DNA of 17,896 nt from Nannocystales bacterium (GTDB taxonomy: Bacteria; Myxococcota_A; Polyangia; Nannocystales; Nannocystaceae), in NCBI GenBank assembly GCA_050633305.1, contig JBOEGF010000060.1, positions 768 through 18,663 of the forward strand, in the 5' to 3' direction. Position numbers and translations under genes: made by a program. A model generated the notes under the pieces. That model was not told the DNA's origin and searched no databases. It was given only the letters and a program-made list of their open reading frames with translations. Below are positions 6,926 to 14,684 of this stretch, piece by piece (positions within the stretch are counted from its first letter, which is position 1; each line of letters opens with the position of its first letter).

Positions 6926-8430
6926 TGCTCAAAGCACAGCTCATTCTCATTCTCGCCCTGTGCGGAGCATCAGCCTGCATCGAGACAACCTTTACCCCGA
7001 ACCCTGACTACTGCGGACAGCACGACGGTAATGCCTACTGCGCCCGGGTCTCCCCGCAGACTCCCTTCTGTGTCCTCAGCACCGATAGCTGTTACGACCA
7101 AGCCGAGCTGGAGGTCGGCGGCTTTGGGTGCGTTGCACAGAACCCGCCCGAGGAGTGTCGACAAGAATGCGGGATCGGCAACGGGGACGAATGCGACCCT
7201 ACAGATCCCACGGTGGCTTCGAGCAGCACGAGCACGGGAGGTGAGACGGAACCCACGAGCACGACGGTGGAATCGGAGACGGAGACGGATGAGCCGAGCG
7301 AGACGACGGGCCCGGAGTGTTCCGAGACCGTGCCATGCATGGACCCGGCCGCACCGTTCTGCGTGGACGGAGCCTGCTCGACCTGCGACGCAACAGAGAC
7401 GCCGGACGAGTCGTGCGTCATGCTCGATGAGGCGCTGCCGCTGTGTGTGGGGACGTCCTGCGTGCAGTGCACGGCCGAGGACTCGAGCGCGTGCGGAGGT
7501 GAGACGCCGCTGTGCGACGCGGCGATTAACACGTGCGTGGGGTGCTCGTTCCACGAAGAGTGCCAAGACATCGACCTGCACGCGTGCAACATCGCAACGG
7601 GAGCATGCTTCTCGGCAGACGCGGCGAACGTGAGCGAGGTCGATGCAGGCAACAACGGCGCCATTCAGGCGGCGATCGGCGCGGTTGCCGATGGAGCGGA
7701 GCACACCATCTTGCTCACGGGCGGCGGAGGTAACCACACGGTGACGGTCGACGGCGGGAAGACCATCGCCATCGTGTCGGACAGCACCGCCGAGCGGGAA
7801 ATCCGTGGCGCAGGTGGCAACCCCACAGTGACGGTGACCGGTGCAGGCTCGACCGTCTACCTGCACCGCCTGGAGCTGATCGCCAACACGGATGACGTGG
7901 GCATCTCAACGGAGGCCTCGGGCACGCTGTACGCGGACAGCACACGGGTGGCTCAGAACACGGGCGGCGGCATCACGCTGGCCGCGGGGACGAGTGGGTT
8001 CCTTCGCAACTGCATGGTCGCGGGCGATGGTGGGAATTCCTCTGCGATTTCGTCCAGCGGCACGCTGTCGGTCGTCTACAGCACGCTCGGTCGGGACACG
8101 AACTTCGGTGACCCCGTCTTGGAGTGTTCCGGCGGGTCGACGACGGTGCGCAACAGCATCATCGTGAGCCAGACAAATGCTCCGGGAACCGAGGTCGATT
8201 GCCCGGGCGTTTCGCTCTCGAACGGCGACGAGCGTGCAACACAAACCCCGGAAGACTGGTTTGGGGCGGGGTTTGCGTCCGGAAACTACTTCCTGAACGC
8301 CGTAGGCCAAGCAGAGTTCGCGGACATCGCCATCTGGGAAGACGGTGACCCGCCGTTCGACTTCGATGGCGACACCCGGCCAAACACCGACGGTGCGATG
8401 GACTACGCAGGGGCGGACACCATCCCGTGA
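6925..8430 (+). CDS. Cys-rich surface lipoprotein with C-terminal parallel beta-helix / choice-of-anchor Q-like end
   Basis: Signal plus lipobox-like ASAC. Cys-rich modules (PFC, PLC..CVQC repeats) separated by a Ser/Thr/Glu linker. Beta-helix-like strings (NTGGGI, LRNCMVAG, VRNSII). Ends DFDGDTRP...DYAGAD. TGATG overlap. Confidence 0.85.
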   Translation: MLKAQLILILALCGASACIETTFTPNPDYCGQHDGNAYCARVSPQTPFCVLSTDSCYDQAELEVGGFGCVAQNPPEECRQECGIGNGDECDPTDPTVASSSTSTGGETEPTSTTVESETETDEPSETTGPECSETVPCMDPAAPFCVDGACSTCDATETPDESCVMLDEALPLCVGTSCVQCTAEDSSACGGETPLCDAAINTCVGCSFHEECQDIDLHACNIATGACFSADAANVSEVDAGNNGAIQAAIGAVADGAEHTILLTGGGGNHTVTVDGGKTIAIVSDSTAEREIRGAGGNPTVTVTGAGSTVYLHRLELIANTDDVGISTEASGTLYADSTRVAQNTGGGITLAAGTSGFLRNCMVAGDGGNSSAISSSGTLSVVYSTLGRDTNFGDPVLECSGGSTTVRNSIIVSQTNAPGTEVDCPGVSLSNGDERATQTPEDWFGAGFASGNYFLNAVGQAEFADIAIWEDGDPPFDFDGDTRPNTDGAMDYAGADTIP

Positions 8431-8633
8431 AACGCATTGCCCCACTCCTGGCGCTCGCAGCCCTTGCAGGCTGCACAGAGCTGAGCACCGACGTTCCAGC
8501 GGGGCCCGAGACGGACACCGAGCAGAGCCCAACAGCAGCTCCGACGGTGACCTACACGAACAAGCGTGTCTCGGAATCTTCGTCGAAACCGGGCTCTTCG
8601 TCGCATCTCAGTCGAAGGGATAGAAGACCATGA
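8427..8633 (+). CDS. Small lipoprotein (68 aa), possibly a truncated remnant
   Basis: MKRIAPLLALAALAGC has a canonical LAGC lipobox. 4-nt overlaps with both neighbours. Confidence 0.6.
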   Translation: MKRIAPLLALAALAGCTELSTDVPAGPETDTEQSPTAAPTVTYTNKRVSESSSKPGSSSHLSRRDRRP

Positions 8634-9127
8634 CAGACAGACCCTCTTCACAGCTCCAGCATCCGCATGGCGTCCAGCATCCGCATGGCGTTCAGCATCC
8701 GCATGGCGTCCAAGGCCCATCTCCACGACGGTCGGGCCCATCGACAGCCACCGTGGTCGGCGCTGTGGCCCTGCTTGTCGGGCTTGTCGCAGGAAGTGTC
8801 TGGTTCTTCTTCATCAGGCCAATCGGCGAGCTGGAAGAGTTTGTGGGGGAGGCGATTCTCGCGTGCTCTGAAGGCTCGACCCCCGAGAGATGCACATCTG
8901 TGACCGGAGGACCCCAGCACGTTGGGCTCGCAGCTCCGATGCCGGCGAACTTTGAGTCGCTCGACGTCAATGGATACTGCCGCCTCAACGGCCACGCTAG
9001 CATTCGTGGCGTAGCGAACTTCGAGGCCGCGACGGTGCCTTTTTCTGCCGATTTTCGCCGAAAAGAGGGGGCGTGGACGCTGGTGATGCTCGGCCCTCCG
9101 GGACCGTCGGCATGTGACAGCCAGTGA
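8630..9127 (+). CDS. Single-pass membrane protein with N-terminal QHPHGV repeats
   Basis: ATGA overlap. TM VVGAVALLVGLVAGSVWFFFI. C-terminal domain with 4 Cys. Confidence 0.7.
   Translation: MTDRPSSQLQHPHGVQHPHGVQHPHGVQGPSPRRSGPSTATVVGAVALLVGLVAGSVWFFFIRPIGELEEFVGEAILACSEGSTPERCTSVTGGPQHVGLAAPMPANFESLDVNGYCRLNGHASIRGVANFEAATVPFSADFRRKEGAWTLVMLGPPGPSACDSQ
8657..8710 (+). repeat. 3 x 18-bp tandem repeat encoding QHPHGV
   Basis: CAGCATCCGCATGGCGT(C/T) at 8657, 8675 and 8693. Confidence 0.95.
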
Positions 9128-9167
9128 GGGCGTCGGCCGCTCATGGCGGAGCTTACAAAGGAGAAAA

Positions 9168-10538
9168 ATGAGCAAGGACGCGTACACGTCGACCCTCGCT
9201 GTCGCCACCCAGGGAGAGGAACTTGTAGACCGGCCGGACTCTGTCGAGCTTCGTGTTCTCAGCGGCGAGGCGAAGGGACAGGTGTTCGTCCTGGCAGGGA
9301 AGCGGAGATTCTCGATCGGACGTGGGGCGGGAAATGATGTTCGCCTGCCGGAACCATCTGTGAGCACCTCTCACGCTGAGATCACAATCTTGGAAAAATC
9401 GATCTCGCTCGTAGACAAGGGGAGCAGCAACGGGACGCGGGTTGGTCAAGTGATGCTTCATGAGGCCACGCTCCTAGGAGAAACCGAATTCTACGTAGGG
9501 CAGTGCAAGCTGTGGATCGGTCCCGTGCGGTCAAGCCCGGTCGCGCTTACTCGGGCCCAAGAATTCTGCGGCATCGTGGGGCGGGGTGCTTCAATGCGGG
9601 AGCTGTTCTCTCGTGCTGAACGGATCGCCCAGACGCCGATGTCGACACTGCTGCTCGGAGAGACGGGGACCGGAAAAGAGCTGTTCGCTCGCGCGCTGCA
9701 TGAACGGTCGCCGCGGAAGGGGCGGTTCGTGGTGCTCAACTGTGCGGCTCTTCCATCCCAGCTCGCCGAGTCTGAGATCTTGGGGCATCGCCGAGGAGCG
9801 TTCACGGGGGCGGCCGAGGACCGGGCAGGGGCGTTTGAGGAGGCCAACGGGGGAACGTTGTTCCTTGACGAGATCGGTGAGCTGCCTTTGCAGCTGCAGC
9901 CGAAGCTGCTCCGCGTGCTTCAAGAGCGGGTCGTCAATCGAGTTGGCGAGACACATGGGCGACCCGTCAATGTACGCGTTGTCGCTGCAACGCATCGCCC
10001 TCTTTCAGACATGGTGTCTTCGGGGGCATTCCGCTTGGACTTGTACGAGCGGATCCGTCAGGTAGACCTTGAGCTCCCTGCGTTGCGAGAGCGGCGCGAG
10101 GACATCCCCTTGCTTGCCGAGCGGTTCGCCGCAGCCGTAGGGGAGTCTCTCGGGGAGGAGCGCCGGTTGACCCCTGGGGCTGTGTCCGTTCTCGCTGCGC
10201 AAGACTGGCCCGGAAACGTGCGGGGCCTGAAAAATGTTGTCGAGCGTGGTGCTTATCTTTGCGTTCGACCTCCTCTGATCGCAGCCTCTGACCTCGGTCT
10301 CGAATCGACGAAATCGCTCCCTCGAGGCGAAGCGCTCTCCATCGACCCTTCGCTGTTCGAGTTGCCTCTCAAGGAGGCTGCTGCCCAGCACGACATGCTG
10401 TTTCGTCGCGAGTTCTGCGTCCGCGTGATGCAGGAGTCCGGCCACAATCTGTCCGAGGCTGCTCGGCGGATTGGGTACTCGCGCAAGGGCCTGTACGAGC
10501 TGCTGCTGCGGCTCGGTGTTGAGCGGGCCCCGGAGTAG
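9168..10538 (+). CDS. FHA-domain sigma54-dependent enhancer-binding protein (FHA-AAA+-Fis HTH)
   Basis: FHA motifs IGR, SVSTSHAEI, GSSNGT. Walker A GETGTGKE, GAFTGA, Walker B FLDEIGE, LPALRERREDI, WPGNVR. HTH NLSEAARRIGYSRKGLY. SD AAGGAG at 9158-9163 before ATG 9168. Confidence 0.95.
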   Translation: MSKDAYTSTLAVATQGEELVDRPDSVELRVLSGEAKGQVFVLAGKRRFSIGRGAGNDVRLPEPSVSTSHAEITILEKSISLVDKGSSNGTRVGQVMLHEATLLGETEFYVGQCKLWIGPVRSSPVALTRAQEFCGIVGRGASMRELFSRAERIAQTPMSTLLLGETGTGKELFARALHERSPRKGRFVVLNCAALPSQLAESEILGHRRGAFTGAAEDRAGAFEEANGGTLFLDEIGELPLQLQPKLLRVLQERVVNRVGETHGRPVNVRVVAATHRPLSDMVSSGAFRLDLYERIRQVDLELPALRERREDIPLLAERFAAAVGESLGEERRLTPGAVSVLAAQDWPGNVRGLKNVVERGAYLCVRPPLIAASDLGLESTKSLPRGEALSIDPSLFELPLKEAAAQHDMLFRREFCVRVMQESGHNLSEAARRIGYSRKGLYELLLRLGVERAPE

Positions 10539-10552
10539 GCTGGCACCTTCGG

Positions 10553-10587
10553 GTTCCAGGCGGGTGGTGACTGTTACACGCGGGTGG
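10553..10587. repeat. Two 15-bp direct repeats 20 bp apart (candidate enhancer)
   Basis: GTTCCAGGCGGGTGG (10553-10567) vs GTTACACGCGGGTGG (10573-10587), 13/15 identical. Confidence 0.55.
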
Positions 10588-10630
10588 CAGTATGGGCGTC
10601 GCTAACTGCCTGAAAACAGGTGACGCAGGC

Positions 10631-10647
10631 TCGGTGCGAAGCTTGCT
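10631..10647 (+). promoter_or_regulatory. Candidate sigma54 promoter upstream of the vgrG module
   Basis: TCGGTGCGAAGCTTGCT: GG 10633-34, N10, GC 10645-46, with a perfect TTGCT -12 element. Confidence 0.55.
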
Positions 10648-10659
10648 CAACAGGTCGGC

Positions 10660-10818
10660 ATGCTTGCCCGCGTACGTTCGAAGCGCCGTCCTACCGTCAA
10701 AGCCGCAGGGCCGCTCGTCGGGGTCTCGATGCCGCGTGGACTCGTTGTGCGTCTAAGCGGATCCGTTCACGTCGGTGACTCTGCTGCGGGGTCTCTCGGC
10801 GAGAAGGGAGCGCGATGA
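10660..10818 (+). CDS. Putative small protein (52 aa), below ORF-track cutoff
   Basis: Hand-translated MLARVRSKRR...GEKGAR. ATG lies about 2 nt from the predicted sigma54 +1. Its stop overlaps the next ATG (ATGA). Confidence 0.3.
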   Translation: MLARVRSKRRPTVKAAGPLVGVSMPRGLVVRLSGSVHVGDSAAGSLGEKGAR

Positions 10819-10994
10819 TGACTCGGAGCATCCTCCCGTCGTTCCTGCGCTCCGGGGCGTCCCCTGAGCGCCTCTGTCCTGGGCGGAAGGGGAGCCGGGC
10901 TCAGTTACCTCCTACGCCCTCTATCGACCCGTGGGCGGCCTGCGGAGTTTCCCTCGTCGAGCTCGCCCGTACGGCGCAGGATGTGGCTTCGTGA
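10815..10994 (+). CDS. Putative small protein (59 aa), below ORF-track cutoff
   Basis: Hand-translated MMTRSILPSF...AQDVAS. SD-like AAGGGAG at 10804-10810. Its stop overlaps the next GTG (GTGA). Confidence 0.4.
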   Translation: MMTRSILPSFLRSGASPERLCPGRKGSRAQLPPTPSIDPWAACGVSLVELARTAQDVAS

Positions 10995-11191
10995 AGCGCC
11001 AGCGGATGTGGATGGAGGTCGGCGTCTGGCCTCCGCCGGATCGCGCCCAGGTGTGTCCGCAAAGCAGGACGCTGGTTCCTCGTCGACGGTGGATCGCCGC
11101 TGGCGTGCTGGCAGCAGCGATGTTCGGCGCCGCAATGGGGTGCCTCGCTACGCTGATGCTCGTCGGCCAACTCGGTAGGGTGTGCGCATGA
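10991..11191 (+). CDS. Putative small membrane protein (66 aa)
   Basis: RRR followed by hydrophobic WIAAGVLAAAMFGAAMGCLATLMLVG. Stop overlaps vgrG ATG 11188. The ORF track gives a longer start at 10931. Confidence 0.5.
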   Translation: MKRQRMWMEVGVWPPPDRAQVCPQSRTLVPRRRWIAAGVLAAAMFGAAMGCLATLMLVGQLGRVCA

Positions 11192-13530
11192 TTTTTGAGC
11201 CTGTGAGCGTGGCGGTGGCGCTGCGAACGGCGGACGGGGGGGAGCTGGAGTTACGAACGCGGCACTTCGAGCTGATCGAGCGCATCGACCATCCGTACGA
11301 GGCTACGGTCGAGCAGGTCAGCGACGACCTCGACCTCGACGTGCGGTCTCTGCTCGGGGCACGGGCACGGCTCGAACTCGAGCGACCCGGAGTTACAGCC
11401 CGGGCGATGAGCGGCGTGGTGACGCACTCGGAGTATGTCACCACGCGTAACAAGCAGCTCATGGCTCGACTGGTTGTCGAGCCGTCGCTGGCGCTGCTGC
11501 GGTATTCGGTGCGGCGCCGCATCTTCGCTGACCGGACGCTGGCTGAGGTGCTCAACGCGGTGGCCGGCCCAGTTTTCGCCACGCACGGCGGAGCATGGGA
11601 TGCCTCCAAGCTCTCCGTGGAACTCGAGCCACAGGACTACCGGGTGCAGTGGGGGGAGAGCGACCTCGACTTCGTGTTGCGACTGCTGTCCGAGTCGGGG
11701 TTATGTCTGCTGCACGGCCAGCGCGAAGACGAACCGCTGTACGTGCTCAGCGACATCAACGCCGCACTGCCAGGCGTCGGGGCAGACCCCGCACAGCCGG
11801 GGAACTCCGAACCGCCGACCGTCTCGTTCGAGCCGGACGCCGAAGAGCAGGCCGCTGAGCCAGGGGTGCAATACCTCGGGCGCCGAGACGGCGTTCACGC
11901 GCAAGGTGTGAGGGTCGCGGCCCGGGATTGGAAAACACCCGGAGCCAACCGCTACGAGACCCGTATCAAGCTCGGCGACGACCGCGGCCGAGCTGGGCAT
12001 GTGTGGAGCTACCACCCCGGACGGCTGGATGAGGGGAAGGGAAGCGAAGGGCATCACGACAACGAGACCGACGCATGGGCGACCCGGCTTATCGAGGAAC
12101 AGCGCGCTGGCGGCATCGAAGTCACAGGCGCCAGCAATACTGCCGATCTGACCGCAGGCTCGACGTTCGAGTTGCAGGGGCACCCCCATGTTGACCTCGA
12201 CCAGCGCTACGCGGTCCTAAGCGTTGTGCACCAAGCCGACTTCCCAGAGGTCGACCTCGGGGCCCATGGCGAAGGCCAGGCGCACGGGCCGACGTACACG
12301 AACCGCTTCGTCGCGGCCCCGTTGGACGCCGGACCCGTGCGCCCGCCACTGCTTTCGAAGCCTCGTGCGACGGGAATCGAATCGGCCACCGTCGTCGGAC
12401 CCGAGGGCGAGGAGGTGCACACCGATGCGCTCGGCCGGGTGCAGGTTCGCTTTCATTGGGATGACGCTCCAAGCCAGACGTGTTGGCTGCGGGTGATGTC
12501 GCCGTGGGCCGGCCCCGGCTACGGCGCGAGCTTCATTCCTCGGGTGGGGATGGAGGTCGTCGTGGGGTTCCTCGGCGGTGACCCCGACCGACCCGTAGTG
12601 ACCGGGTGTTTGTACACGGGAACGAACATGCCGCCGGGGGCTCTACCTGAGAGCAAGACCTGCACCACGCTGCGAACACAGAGCAGCCCCGGCGGCGAGG
12701 GGTTCAACGAGCTGCGCTTCGAAGACGCGGCGGGTCGCGAAGAGGTGTTCCTTCATGCCCAGCGAAACGAGCGAACGGTGGTGAAGGCGGCTCAGTTCAC
12801 ACAGGTCGGCGCCACGCGTTCGCTGTCGGTGGGGAAGGACTCCAAGCGGACCATTGGTGGGAGCGAGACGGTCCAGGTGGGAACACCGAACGCCGAAGAG
12901 AAGGGCGAGCTGCAGGTGTTTGTGGCCGGCGGAGAGCTGCGCACGATTGGGGATGTCCACGCACTGGAGACCACATCGGCTTTCTGGACCGCTGGCGAGG
13001 CGATCGTTGCCAACGCGGAGAAACGGGTCTGTTGGTCGTGTACGTCTGGCTCCCAGGCTTTGGACCGTGCGCCCTCGGGAGGCTCCGTGCTCACGATGAC
13101 TCCCAAGGCCATCACCATCGAGGCTCTGGATAGCATCAAGTTGCGTGTTGGCCCGGCGGAGCTGGAGTTGACCTCGCGTGGAGTGTTTATCAGCGGTCCC
13201 GTCTTCACGGCCACGCCCACCGAGCACGCGGAGGTGAGTGCACCCGGAGGGAGCCTGACGCTCCGCGAAGAGGACGCAGTACTGAAAGGCGGGATGAACC
13301 TGGAATCTTCGGTGCTGCTCTGTGCGGAGCGGCTCCACTGCAACGCCCAGGGGGAACTTCGTAACGAGGGGAAGAGGGTGACGGTGCACGGGATGGACAA
13401 GGCGCGGTTTGTGTCGAAAGTGACCGAAGTGGAAGGGACCGCCCAGGTTTCGGTGAGCAGTGGCGGCGAGGTCTCGGTGATCGGCGATGGCGAGACCATC
13501 ATCCGCGGGTCGAAGGTGAGGATCAACTGA
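11188..13530 (+). CDS. vgrG: Type VI secretion system spike protein VgrG/TssI
   Basis: RRRIF, VQWGESDLDFVLRLL, SATVVGPEGEEVHTDALGRVQVRFHWD, CWLRV..WAGPGYG..FIPRVGMEVVVGFLGGDPDRP, NELRFEDAAGREEVFLHAQRN, beta-repeat C-terminus. Alternative start GTG 11182. Confidence 0.96.
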   Translation: MIFEPVSVAVALRTADGGELELRTRHFELIERIDHPYEATVEQVSDDLDLDVRSLLGARARLELERPGVTARAMSGVVTHSEYVTTRNKQLMARLVVEPSLALLRYSVRRRIFADRTLAEVLNAVAGPVFATHGGAWDASKLSVELEPQDYRVQWGESDLDFVLRLLSESGLCLLHGQREDEPLYVLSDINAALPGVGADPAQPGNSEPPTVSFEPDAEEQAAEPGVQYLGRRDGVHAQGVRVAARDWKTPGANRYETRIKLGDDRGRAGHVWSYHPGRLDEGKGSEGHHDNETDAWATRLIEEQRAGGIEVTGASNTADLTAGSTFELQGHPHVDLDQRYAVLSVVHQADFPEVDLGAHGEGQAHGPTYTNRFVAAPLDAGPVRPPLLSKPRATGIESATVVGPEGEEVHTDALGRVQVRFHWDDAPSQTCWLRVMSPWAGPGYGASFIPRVGMEVVVGFLGGDPDRPVVTGCLYTGTNMPPGALPESKTCTTLRTQSSPGGEGFNELRFEDAAGREEVFLHAQRNERTVVKAAQFTQVGATRSLSVGKDSKRTIGGSETVQVGTPNAEEKGELQVFVAGGELRTIGDVHALETTSAFWTAGEAIVANAEKRVCWSCTSGSQALDRAPSGGSVLTMTPKAITIEALDSIKLRVGPAELELTSRGVFISGPVFTATPTEHAEVSAPGGSLTLREEDAVLKGGMNLESSVLLCAERLHCNAQGELRNEGKRVTVHGMDKARFVSKVTEVEGTAQVSVSSGGEVSVIGDGETIIRGSKVRIN

Positions 13531-14684
13531 TGCCCCGCGATCGAGACCCCCGCAAAGAGAAGCCTGAACTCTCCGACGACTTCATCTTCAGTCGTCTGAT
13601 CGGGCCCAAGTGGCACGGGTACAAATCGGAGGGGGCACGCGCAGGTGACCAGAACAACGCTCCAAACAACGGGAATTCAGTGGAGTCCGGGCTCTCGCTC
13701 GGGCGACTCGAGGGGCACGACGGCTCCACCCAAGAAGGCAAAGACGATGGGGCTTGGGCCGCCTACTTCAAGACCGCGGGAAAACTAGACCTGTTGAAGT
13801 TCGAGGGCGACCCCGACAAAGAAACCGTTGACGCATACCTCATCGACGGAGAACTGGATGTCTCGGGCATCTACTCGAAGGCGGACCTGCTTGAGGGCTA
13901 TGGTCTGAAGACCCCGCAGGGCTTGCAAGAAGACGTCACGTTCGTGACTGCGGAGGCTTACGCGGCGCGTGAAGGCGATCCGACGCTGCACGGCGACTCG
14001 CTTCCCGGAGGCCTGTGGGGGAGCCACAACGTGATGATCGGCGGCAAAGCTGCCTGGAGGATGCTGGCCGACCTCCATGTTTGCTCGATGCACACCGCGG
14101 GGGTGCCTCACACGGGCGGGATCGTGGCGACGGTGTCCGATTCGTCAGTGTTGATCAACGGTTTGCCAGCGGTGCGGGTGGGGGACGTCATCGTCGAAAA
14201 TGGCCCGCCTAACACCGTGATCAAAGGCGATCCGACGGTGACCCTCGGAAAGCCTGGACCAGCAGTGGTGTCTGTCGAGCCTGTGGAGGCTCCCGAAACC
14301 ACGGGGCTGGCGAAGTATCTCGACGCCGATGTGGCCGCGATGATCGGTCGGGCCAAGCTGCATGGTCGAGTCGGCGGGGGGCGGAAGGAAGACGGGAGCT
14401 TCGTGGCAGGGGCTCAGGTAGGTGGCAAAGCTTCGGTGGTCGAGGGCGAAGTGACAGGGTCCTGGAAGATCCCCATTGGGGACGACTGGGCGATCACGCT
14501 CGGCGTTACCGGAGAGGGCTCCTTACTCACCGCAGGAGCGTCCGCCGGCGGGGGCGTGTCGTGGGGAAAGAAGGGGGCCGACGGAAAACGGCGTTGGGGC
14601 GTTGACGAATGGGGGGCTAGCGTAGGTGCGGCCCTATTCGGTGGAGGGGCGAAGATCTCGATCGGAGTGCAGGAAACATCATGA
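13530..14684 (+). CDS. PAAR-domain protein with N- and C-terminal extensions (candidate specialised T6SS effector)
   Basis: Residues about 164-240: GSHNVMIGGKAAWR..D.HVC..PHTGG..SVLINGLPAVRVGD..PNTVIKGDPTVTLG. Gly/Ala/Val-rich C-terminal 144 aa. TGATG overlap with vgrG. Confidence 0.85.
   Translation: MPRDRDPRKEKPELSDDFIFSRLIGPKWHGYKSEGARAGDQNNAPNNGNSVESGLSLGRLEGHDGSTQEGKDDGAWAAYFKTAGKLDLLKFEGDPDKETVDAYLIDGELDVSGIYSKADLLEGYGLKTPQGLQEDVTFVTAEAYAAREGDPTLHGDSLPGGLWGSHNVMIGGKAAWRMLADLHVCSMHTAGVPHTGGIVATVSDSSVLINGLPAVRVGDVIVENGPPNTVIKGDPTVTLGKPGPAVVSVEPVEAPETTGLAKYLDADVAAMIGRAKLHGRVGGGRKEDGSFVAGAQVGGKASVVEGEVTGSWKIPIGDDWAITLGVTGEGSLLTAGASAGGGVSWGKKGADGKRRWGVDEWGASVGAALFGGGAKISIGVQETS

Noticed and set aside
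9114..9167. Activator start at GTG 9114
   Set aside because: A strong SD directly precedes ATG 9168.
10541..10556. TGGCAC as a sigma54 -24 box
   Set aside because: No GC at the -12 position (sequence there is GGTTC).
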